A DNA stretch of 13,170 bases from a virus: UHGV virus genome UHGV-0063608; one strand, given 5' to 3'. Position numbers and translations under genes: made by a program. Below are positions 7,801-13,170 of this stretch, one piece after another. A model generated the notes under the pieces. That model saw only the letters and a list, made by a program, of their open reading frames with translations, was not told the origin of the DNA and made no database searches. Numbering within the stretch: the first letter of the stretch is position 1; every line of letters starts with the position of its first letter.

Positions 7801-8814
7801 TCCTTCTGTGGCAGATTTCCGGTCATTATCCAGTGCGCAGGTGATTTTTGCCGCCGGGTACATGTTTACCAGTTGTTCCACAACATGAACCATGTTGTTA
7901 GCGGATACAGCGACAACCACAGCGTCAAAGCGTTTATCTTTTTTCGTGGCAAGCCAGATGGATGCACCAGTAGCAAAACCTTCTGTAACAGCGATGTTTT
8001 GCGCCCCTTTCAGCTCACCGATAACAAAGCAGGCACCGACGAAATCGCCGCTGGTTACTGCGCTGGTCTGGTATTTCCCACCTTGTTTGTCGATTCGCTG
8101 CCAACCCACAATACGACCATCATAACGACCGTCCAGGTGAGCCAGAGGGATAGCCATATATGTGGTTGGCCCCCGGCTCCATTTCGCACTGTCGTGACTG
8201 GTCACGCGACGCACATCACATGAACTAAAAACGTCACGAATACCTTTTTTAATCGCATATGGCCATGAGCCGTCTTCAGCCTGAGCATGTTCCCACGCGC
8301 TGTGGAATGCCAGCCATCCCAGCAAACGTTCATGGTCCATTTGGTTGTTTTTCAGGTCATTAATTCGTTTTTGTTCTTCACGGCGACGACGTGCTTCGGC
8401 CTGACGTTCTATTCTTTCCCGTTCTTCTTCCGGTTGTGCGACCACGGTCGCATTATTCCGTTGTTGCTCACGGCGATATTCAGAAAACAGGAAGGAGAAA
8501 CCGCTCCATGAGCCAGCATCGCTGCCTTTATGGACGAAGTTAATGAACGGGTAATCAATCCCTTTGCTGTGTTCCAGCCTGGAGTAAATTTCTACGCGTC
8601 CTTTCAGGCTCTTTTCGAGAGCTTCTGGAGATGTTTTATTGTATGAAGAGTAACGCTCAACCCCCCCGCGAGGGTTGAGTTGGATGTTGTCGGAACAGGC
8701 AGGCCAGTTGATACCAGCCATCTGTGCCAGCTCGGTTAGTTCATCCCGTGCTGCTTCAATTAGCGAGAACGGATCGCTGCCAAAGCGATCCGCATAGAAA
8801 TCGTTTAATGTCAT
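4831..8814 (-). CDS. repA: Multifunctional replication protein (primase plus helicase), N15 RepA / P4 alpha-like
   Basis: 1327 aa (N15 RepA is about 1324 aa). TOPRIM-like primase motifs (VTEGFATGAS, ALDNDRKS) in the N-terminal third and a Walker A P-loop (VRAGMGSGKST) in the central region. It sits directly upstream of cB, as in N15-like phages. Confidence 0.9.
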   Translation of the reverse strand: MTLNDFYADRFGSDPFSLIEAARDELTELAQMAGINWPACSDNIQLNPRGGVERYSSYNKTSPEALEKSLKGRVEIYSRLEHSKGIDYPFINFVHKGSDAGSWSGFSFLFSEYRREQQRNNATVVAQPEEERERIERQAEARRRREEQKRINDLKNNQMDHERLLGWLAFHSAWEHAQAEDGSWPYAIKKGIRDVFSSCDVRRVTSHDSAKWSRGPTTYMAIPLAHLDGRYDGRIVGWQRIDKQGGKYQTSAVTSGDFVGACFVIGELKGAQNIAVTEGFATGASIWLATKKDKRFDAVVVAVSANNMVHVVEQLVNMYPAAKITCALDNDRKSATEGKGNAGLRTGYEILSKFNDVRCVYPTFEDDPQMECSDFNDLHKLRGLRETARQLFATANRLKTGTDLLSLTLNRLKTIKRDNRRTFAKELLRAVDIGMLTCPVPNSPSDLFNMFCIVLREMGLENIYRATVKDHIARRLNKKCRIAQAPRSFSERITDPNKRPQHITYKRFETSVMTDDVLKYVQSLQGIVIVRAGMGSGKSTGLLRPLMHSSERGISVAHRVSLIGGLWEMMTEGKGVKADILHYQDPGYQEMAPYASKLTICINSIVKNCWQPLMRQHDYFGFDEATQGLRAVLSGRAMENPVAVFNTLIDALARTEQHPIMVDADANDLLVDLAELAMKRREELGLPAWLQIHVIELPVDVRNRETGEPIRVFYTEKDRIMTEVVKAVSDGEKIMLATDSSTFAEDVTATLRMHFPGKKFLCVNQKSKQDEEVDAFTNQPKVMVMKYDGLIYSPSISSGVSFEKKHFDRHFGMFCGEVVPSDAVQMLRRDRTAKEFIIGFDKARAKRETDPQKIERAFAQALLATAGMNGELTDVVFDGDRISMGVANTDFTRMKIKAAAIEASARNDYASNMICIMHSDGYKVSPLATDYAANDFGKELRKEARDIVWEQTLDLHLNTETPEESEREELLKKRALTLEEQAKLVRWDIENELKLPVEEGTLKFYFDGARDKIRRYETMLLDEVTARRYDREEAAINFTYAYRQTGQWQYFVVTAMTREQADDVFKAKFPGIIDYKVKATPAVEVGMRGFYALKSATLRQYFIDCGIDPETMTGEATQERLKFARDNLMTAERRDLLNNVLRIGGFMTPKGKPKVPEALFKNICDSLGLKTGKRRGRDGDKRPTLRFVEPDSVAFMLDILAQRQEDGMTLKARKAEKSTTEVDRDLSLNIYMNGETRSTNTVEQDPPRSAISQALAVLPVAVPESWAMSALPSAELESIRGWSVDSIAYTFAALYMTEFMDLLSGHEIKLLKAFIGPRHASDEFCVV
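5101..5149. other. Origin-like element inside the repA 3' region: 8-bp inverted repeat flanking an AT-rich (TA)n spacer
   Basis: ggatcgcg at 5101-5108 and cgcgatcc at 5142-5149 flank a 33-bp spacer containing catatatatattta, with two GATC sites. In N15 the replication origin is reported to lie within the 3' part of repA. Confidence 0.35.
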
Positions 8815-8868
8815 TTTTTAGCCATTCCATGCGAATTATGTTTTTTCGGGTTGAAAAAATCCGCAGGA

Positions 8869-8924
8869 GCAGCCACAATAAACGCATCTTGAATTGACGG
8901 AATCTGTCGCGTTGTTGTGGCTGC
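8869..8924. promoter_or_regulatory. Inverted repeat gcagccacaa / ttgtggctgc in the repA upstream region
   Basis: 10-bp perfect inverted repeat separated by 36 bp, extendable with mismatches, located 55-110 bp upstream of the repA start. It could be an operator pair or an RNA leader structure. Confidence 0.3.
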
Positions 8925-8937
8925 TTCCTGAAAAGGA

Positions 8938-8965
8938 CCCGAGTTTGCCGACTCGGGTTTTTTTT
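8938..8965 (+). terminator. Strong intrinsic-terminator-like hairpin, best formed on the plus strand
   Basis: 7-bp stem cccgagt/actcggg with a 6-nt loop followed by T8 on the plus strand. On the minus strand the same hairpin is followed only by UCCUUUUC. It lies between the cB stop and the repA start, both of which are minus-strand genes. Confidence 0.5.
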
Positions 8966-9059
8966 CGTCTTTTTTCTGCTGCTGTAACCTGAGTCAACCC
9001 ACAGAACATATGCCCTGCATTAAACCAGATTTACAGCAAACAATAAACCCCGTATTAAG

Positions 9060-9656
9060 TCATCTACCCTCAACCATGAATGATTTGATCGTTCCGACTA
9101 TTTGGTGAACAAATTCAAGATCGCTTTTCCTGAAGATGGCGCGTTGTGAGTTTGTTCCATCCAGATAGTAATTTTCATCATCAAAACGGGCCAGGCGCTG
9201 GATAGTGATATTTCCTGCAGTATCACGAACCAGAACATCCTCGCCGGGGACCAGTTCCAGCGCAGAATCGACCAGGAGAAAATCGCCTGGCTGATAGTTT
9301 CCCTGCGTAAGATTGCTGATAGTTAACGCATACACAGTATTGCGCTGGCTGATGAATGGCAGGAATCGCTCAGTATTTGGAACCTGTCCCGGCTTCCACT
9401 CTTCATCCGGCCCACTTTCAGTTGTGCCAATAACAGGAATGCGATCAGGGTCATATTCTGTCCCATATAGCACCCAATGCACTGGCTTGCGTAAGCACTT
9501 AGCCAGGGCAATACCTATCTCCAGTGACGGCATTACGTCGCCACGTTCTAAGTTTTGGACGCCTGCTATAGAGATATCGACAGCCTCAGCAACTTCTCGC
9601 AACGTCAGCTTCATCTCTAAACGGCGTGCTTTCAGTCGTTCGCCTCGTGTTTTCAT
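9060..9656 (-). CDS. cB: Prophage repressor, CI-like (N-terminal HTH, C-terminal LexA/S24-like fold)
   Basis: 198 aa. The N-terminus LKARRLEMKLTLREVAEAVDISIAGVQNLERG is an XRE-type HTH; the C-terminal part has a CI/LexA-like PGDFLLVD block. Divergent from cro with operator palindromes between them. No Shine-Dalgarno; a TATGAT -10 candidate sits 6 nt before the ATG, suggesting a leaderless mRNA like lambda cI from PRM. Confidence 0.85.
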   Translation of the reverse strand: MKTRGERLKARRLEMKLTLREVAEAVDISIAGVQNLERGDVMPSLEIGIALAKCLRKPVHWVLYGTEYDPDRIPVIGTTESGPDEEWKPGQVPNTERFLPFISQRNTVYALTISNLTQGNYQPGDFLLVDSALELVPGEDVLVRDTAGNITIQRLARFDDENYYLDGTNSQRAIFRKSDLEFVHQIVGTIKSFMVEGR

Positions 9657-9678
9657 ACTGTAATCATAAATGATCTTC

Positions 9679-9694
9679 TTATAGCTGGCTATAA
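9679..9694. promoter_or_regulatory. Operator-like palindrome TTATAGCTGGCTATAA (site 1)
   Basis: 15 of 16 positions are dyad-symmetric; located in the cB-cro intergenic region. Confidence 0.55.
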
Positions 9695-9704
9695 AATTTA
9701 TTTA

Positions 9705-9720
9705 TTATAGCTGGCTTTAA
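9705..9720. promoter_or_regulatory. Operator-like palindrome TTATAGCTGGCTTTAA (site 2)
   Basis: Near-identical to site 1, 26 bp away centre to centre; it overlaps the likely -35 region of the cro promoter. Confidence 0.5.
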
Positions 9721-9747
9721 TTGTTGTTTATTGTTTATAATAACAAC

Positions 9748-9969
9748 ATGAAACCAGAAGAACTTATTCGCCACTTTGGCAGTGTAGAAAAAGCAGCGGC
9801 AGGGGTAGGTGTAACACCCGGAGCTGTTTACCAATGGTTAACCGCTGGAGAGATTCCTTCATTGCGGCAAAGCGATATTGAAGTTCGTACTGCTTATAAG
9901 CTGAAGAGTGACTTTACAACTCGTCGGGTAAAGCAGTCGATTAAGGAGAGTCGTAAGCGTGGAGCTTGA
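9748..9969 (+). CDS. cro: Cro-like small HTH regulator
   Basis: 73 aa from the first ATG (the track ORF begins at an upstream TTG at 9721). MKPEELIRHFGSVEKAAAGVGVTPGAVYQWL is a Cro/XRE-like HTH. TATAAT at 9737-9742 lies 5 nt before the ATG, suggesting a leaderless transcript. Divergent from cB. Confidence 0.7.
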   Translation: MKPEELIRHFGSVEKAAAGVGVTPGAVYQWLTAGEIPSLRQSDIEVRTAYKLKSDFTTRRVKQSIKESRKRGA

Positions 9970-10669
9970 GTATATACGCAGCTGCGTCTCTACGGCATTG
10001 GCTGATGTTCATTATCGCCAGCGTGGCATTCTGGAGGTCCAGCTTGAGCAGATGCGTCTCGGTAGGTCAGGACGGTTTAACAATAAACCAGTCCGGTCAA
10101 TCAGTGTGGGGGATGATAACTCATACGAAGTGTCCGTTCCTGCTGAGCCGGTTAGATTCCACCAGGGGAAAACATTTAAACAATCATCAATGTTGCTCAC
10201 TGATATTGATTTTCAGAGCGCCAGCTGGCGCAGGGCTATTGGTCAGTTGAATAACGAGGAATCAGCCTGGCTTTATTATTGCTACGGATGCAAGCCTGAT
10301 TACAACAATGATGTGATTGTTTGTCAGTGGTTATGGCTTGATTTTCTGGTTGCTCATTCGGGGGGCGGCTTTAAAAAAATGAAGGCCTCCACGAAAAAAG
10401 CCATGCGGAAATTGATTTATTACGCGGCACAGCAGGTTAAATCAGAACTTACGTGTGCTGAGGCAGTTGATGAGAGAGAACAGGACAGGCATCTGAGTTT
10501 TCTACTGAATATATCTATTGATAGCTGGAGACAAGATTATAAAGAACGCTGGCTTTTAATTAAGTCGCGATGTCTGAGCTTAAATCGAACTGCATTATTA
10601 AATGCGGCGGAGAAGCGCAGTGAAATCATCAAACGCCATCGGGCAGGAAGTGCCATTCTGCCTTTGTAA
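9959..10669 (+). CDS. Putative late-gene regulator; Q-like antiterminator by synteny only
   Basis: 236-aa ORF overlapping the cro stop by 11 nt. N15-like phages carry a Q-like gene right after cro. I cannot confirm family membership from the sequence; it contains a Cys cluster (YYCYGCK...VCQW). Confidence 0.4.
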   Translation: MELEYIRSCVSTALADVHYRQRGILEVQLEQMRLGRSGRFNNKPVRSISVGDDNSYEVSVPAEPVRFHQGKTFKQSSMLLTDIDFQSASWRRAIGQLNNEESAWLYYCYGCKPDYNNDVIVCQWLWLDFLVAHSGGGFKKMKASTKKAMRKLIYYAAQQVKSELTCAEAVDEREQDRHLSFLLNISIDSWRQDYKERWLLIKSRCLSLNRTALLNAAEKRSEIIKRHRAGSAILPL

Positions 10670-10922
10670 ACAAGTTATGTTCAGGAAACCGTCGAAGCCA
10701 GAATTAAGGTATTCGGGGGTAAGAAATGAATATGTTATCTGGTGTCCAACTTGTGGTTACAGGACACGACCAGATAGTAATAAGCAGTCTGTAATTGCCG
10801 ATTGGTATTTATCAAATCAGCCAGGTAATAAGCATATAGAAAATCTTTGGATTAAGCGTTACTTGGAAATCAGAGAGGGTGCGACCGTGGTCGCACAAGA
10901 AAATGAAAATAACGCCATTTAA
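10602..10922 (+). CDS. Small zinc-ribbon protein, possibly Lar-like (restriction alleviation)
   Basis: ORF with Cys pairs (FCLC ... WCPTCG) followed by SVIADWYLS, which resembles the C...CxxCG...AIxxWN pattern of Lar-family proteins as I recall it. If translation begins at 10602 it overlaps the previous gene by 68 nt; the alternative ATG at 10677 would drop the first Cys pair. Start unresolved. Confidence 0.35.
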   Translation: MRRRSAVKSSNAIGQEVPFCLCKQVMFRKPSKPELRYSGVRNEYVIWCPTCGYRTRPDSNKQSVIADWYLSNQPGNKHIENLWIKRYLEIREGATVVAQENENNAI

Positions 10923-11106
10923 GCAGGGGCCGATGACGCATGATGAAGCAGAGCGTCTTTCAGATACTTATCGGCGGCGTGGTAAGAAAGTTCTGGTTGT
11001 TCGTTCTGATTTTTTAGGTGATGGATATTGCGTTTATGTTCATTTACCTGAATTAGAAAGAACGCCAAAACCATCCAGAACATATCAACAGAAAATTTGG
11101 GTATAG
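10903..11106 (+). CDS. Hypothetical small protein
   Basis: ORF in the track (10879-11106); plausible starts at 10903 (MKITPFKQG...) or 10933 (MTHDEAERL..., preceded by GGGG). No recognised motif. Confidence 0.4.
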   Translation: MKITPFKQGPMTHDEAERLSDTYRRRGKKVLVVRSDFLGDGYCVYVHLPELERTPKPSRTYQQKIWV

Positions 11107-11129
11107 ATAAACGTTGAGGAGAATTATTC

Positions 11130-11729
11130 GTGACTAATCAGATTATTTACGACAGGAAACGGTCTGATGTAATGATTGACCTTGAAACAATGGGTACTAA
11201 CACATGTGCTCCAATTGTTTCTATCGGGGCAGTGTTTTTTTCTCCAGAAAGTGAGGAATTAGGTTCTACTTTTTATGTGCCAGTGAATCTCAGAAGCTCG
11301 ATGTTGAATGGTGGTGTCGCCGATGGTGATACCATTTTATGGTGGTTGAAACAGAGCAAGGAAGCCAGAGCCGCAATTTGTACTAATGATGCCCTTGATA
11401 TTAAGGATGCACTTTTTGAATTATCACACTTTATTACTTGCCATGCATGTAATTTAAAAAAATTGAAAGTATGGGGAAATGGAGCAACGTTCGATAATGT
11501 AATTTTACGCGGTGCTTATGAGCGCGTTGGCTTAGCCTGTCCGTGGGAATATTTTAATGATCAGGATGTTCGAACAATCGTTAATCTTGGTCAGTTTATT
11601 GGTTTTAATCCTAAAAAAGATATGCCATTTGATGGCGAACGACACAATGCCCTGGCTGATGCTATTCATCAGGCTAAATATGTATCCGCAATTTTCTCCC
11701 GTCTTGTAAAAGGGCAAGGAGAATCGTAA
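11130..11729 (+). CDS. DEDDh-type 3'-5' exonuclease (DnaQ-like fold)
   Basis: 199 aa; GTG start 8 nt after GAGGAG. Motifs MIDLETMG (Exo I, D-x-E), WGNGATFDNVIL (Exo II) and HNALADA (Exo III, H-x4-D). Confidence 0.7.
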   Translation: MTNQIIYDRKRSDVMIDLETMGTNTCAPIVSIGAVFFSPESEELGSTFYVPVNLRSSMLNGGVADGDTILWWLKQSKEARAAICTNDALDIKDALFELSHFITCHACNLKKLKVWGNGATFDNVILRGAYERVGLACPWEYFNDQDVRTIVNLGQFIGFNPKKDMPFDGERHNALADAIHQAKYVSAIFSRLVKGQGES

Positions 11730-12148
11730 TGGCAAAGGCTTTTACACCAGAACAGAGGGAAGAACTGAATAAACAAATTGTGGAACTCGTGCGCCTGAAT
11801 GGACGAGGAACGGTTAGGCAACTTGCGGATGAAACTGGTATTAGCCGATGTGCTGTTAGTCGTTTATCAAGAGAGCTTGCTGCCAGTGGTGATTTGTATA
11901 TCTCTGGCTCCGGGATATTTCTGTCTGCACAAGCACGCAAGGACTGGCAAAACGCCCGTAAAAAACTATCAAGAGTAAAGCCGAAGACATCGGTAGTGGT
12001 TGATCCAGACCTTATCTGGTCATTACCTGACGGAGAAATACGTCGTTACGACAGGCGCTTGAACATGATTTGTCACGATTGCCGGAAAAGTGAAGTTATG
12101 CAGCGTGTGCTGGCTTTTTATCAGGGAAATTTACAGGAGGTGGCGTAG
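11729..12148 (+). CDS. Putative HTH DNA-binding protein
   Basis: 139 aa; start overlaps the exonuclease stop (TAATG). VRQLADETGISRCAVSRLSRELAASG looks like a helix-turn-helix or winged-helix segment. Confidence 0.55.
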   Translation: MAKAFTPEQREELNKQIVELVRLNGRGTVRQLADETGISRCAVSRLSRELAASGDLYISGSGIFLSAQARKDWQNARKKLSRVKPKTSVVVDPDLIWSLPDGEIRRYDRRLNMICHDCRKSEVMQRVLAFYQGNLQEVA

Positions 12149-12438
12149 TGAATATCGACACCACGATAACGATCGATACGGCCCTAAATATCGGTCTGGC
12201 ACTTCTCGGTTGGTTTTACATCATGTTCAGTGCGGGGAAGTGGGCGGCCTCTGTTTTTCTAAAGCAGTGGGGAAAGCACCGCAAACAGGAAAGACGCCAG
12301 AAAGTGTTAGAGGCGTTCTATGACGCATTTGAACTTAGCCGCATTGAGCCAGGCACAACAGCCAAGATAGCGACAAAAGGCGACCTGATGATAGTGATGT
12401 TCCGACAGGAGAGAGCAGATAAAGGGGAATCAGCATGA
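12148..12438 (+). CDS. Small membrane protein, one predicted transmembrane helix
   Basis: 96 aa; GTG start 9 nt after AGGAGG, abutting the previous stop. Hydrophobic helix ALNIGLALLGWFYIMFSA followed by a basic stretch KQWGKHRKQERRQK. Confidence 0.5.
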   Translation: MNIDTTITIDTALNIGLALLGWFYIMFSAGKWAASVFLKQWGKHRKQERRQKVLEAFYDAFELSRIEPGTTAKIATKGDLMIVMFRQERADKGESA

Positions 12439-13094
12439 AATTTTCCAAATTTTCTGAGTTGGTGAATCGTATTTTGTCCAACAACCACAGCCATCGTCGC
12501 GATATGGATGTAACAATCGTTATTCATTCGCCTGGCAGCATTGGTTCAACACCCTCAGTTGAGGTTCAGTCAATTCACGCTGGTTTTGATTGGGATTCCG
12601 GGAAAGTGCTGATTTTCCCAGCACAGCCACTGACCACGCTAACACCAGAACAGATTACTGATATTACTGATAGTGTGCGCAAAGGTCAGTCCTGGCACGC
12701 ATATCAGGAATACAAGAAGCATAAAGAGCAGTTGGAAAAATTGTCGATTGAACTGGATGCTGCAAAACAGCGCGTAGCAGAACTGGAAGCCAAACCTGTA
12801 AGCCAAACTTACAAGTTAACTTTTGAGCAATGGCTGGAACAGCAGCATGACAAAATTGATGTTGATTGTGGATGTGTAAGTACTGAAATGTTTATGCACT
12901 GGATAAGGGTCGCGTATGAGGCTGGCAACTCTCCGGTAACTCCGGATGGTCATGTTCAGTTTTCTGTTTCACTTCCTGCAGCGTTTGGTGGAGATAAATA
13001 TTTTATTGATGGTGTATTTCAACCTTTGAGATATGAGCGTGATTGTGAAAGGGCGGTTGTGGCCGCTGGCGGTGTAGTTAGTTGGGTTAAGTAA
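12435..13094 (+). CDS. Hypothetical protein with a central coiled-coil-like segment
   Basis: 219 aa; ATGA overlap with the upstream gene. The central KEQLEKLSIELDAAKQRVAELEAK is coiled-coil-like. No recognised catalytic motif. Confidence 0.55.
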   Translation: MKFSKFSELVNRILSNNHSHRRDMDVTIVIHSPGSIGSTPSVEVQSIHAGFDWDSGKVLIFPAQPLTTLTPEQITDITDSVRKGQSWHAYQEYKKHKEQLEKLSIELDAAKQRVAELEAKPVSQTYKLTFEQWLEQQHDKIDVDCGCVSTEMFMHWIRVAYEAGNSPVTPDGHVQFSVSLPAAFGGDKYFIDGVFQPLRYERDCERAVVAAGGVVSWVK

Positions 13095-13109
13095 TTTTCA
13101 GGAGGATTT

Positions 13110-13170
13110 ATGGCGCTGACACCGGCAGAACGGCAAAGGAGACGCAGGGAACGGTTGAAGAAGGAAGGCA
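13110..13170 (+). CDS. N-terminal fragment of a further gene, truncated by the window end
   Basis: ATG at 13110 preceded by AGGAGG with 6-nt spacing; it reads MALTPAERQRRRRERLKKEG... to the window edge. Confidence 0.5.
   Translation, partial: MALTPAERQRRRRERLKKEG

Noticed and set aside
4946-8511. Plus-strand ORFs inside repA (4946-5206, 5327-5545, 5813-6025, 6152-6388, 6482-6676, 6707-6961, 6934-7167, 7457-7648, 7873-8223, 7892-8125, 8287-8511) and minus-strand 7620-7826
   Set aside because: All lie within the 1327-aa repA reading frame, on the opposite strand or out of frame. Their products are low-complexity (Ser/Arg-rich) with no RBS support, so they are antisense artefacts of a long gene.
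8829-8897. 22-codon plus-strand mini-ORF in the repA leader ahead of the plus-strand terminator
   Set aside because: Too short and without an RBS; noted only because a plus-strand transcript may exist here. Treated as noncoding.
9313-10250. ORFs 9313-9663 (+), 9323-9511 (-), 9966-10250 (+), 10012-10200 (-)
   Set aside because: Embedded in or antisense to cB and the Q-like gene, without RBS or motif support.
11532-12527. ORFs 11532-11735 (-), 11674-11940 (-), 12090-12323 (+), 12318-12527 (-)
   Set aside because: They overlap the co-directional, translationally coupled plus-strand gene chain (exonuclease, HTH, membrane protein, 219-aa) and lack start context.
1-13170. Searched by eye for LexA boxes (CTGT-N8-ACAG), sopC-like centromere palindromes (GGGACC..GGTCCC), CRISPR repeats, canonical tRNAs, IS terminal inverted repeats and integrase genes
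   Set aside because: None found convincingly. An SOS-controlled antirepressor locus or centromere sites, if present in this element, would lie outside this window. A manual scan can miss degenerate sites.

Overview
This window looks like the telomere, replication and immunity core of an N15-like linear plasmid prophage (a 'telomere phage' of enterobacteria, N15/phiKO2/PY54 type). From left to right: a palindromic telomere-resolution site cut by the window edge, with flanking short repeats; a 631-aa protelomerase (telN, +); a leftward anti-immunity operon (Icd-like small protein, 77-aa protein, Bro-N antirepressor) preceded by a structured leader that carries antisense-type repeats and a tRNA-like small RNA candidate; an AT-rich three-gene accessory cassette of unknown function; the 1327-aa primase-helicase repA (-) with an origin-like inverted repeat in its 3' part; the cB repressor (-) and cro (+) diverging from an operator region; a Q-like gene by synteny; then a rightward cluster (zinc-ribbon protein, DEDDh exonuclease, HTH protein, small membrane protein, 219-aa protein). 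No rRNA, canonical tRNA, CRISPR array, IS element or integrase is visible. All homology statements are from reading the translations and from memory of these phage families; no database search was run. The best candidates for undescribed function are the accessory cassette at 3834-4813 and the post-Q cluster at 11729-13094, neither of which I can assign to any known system.
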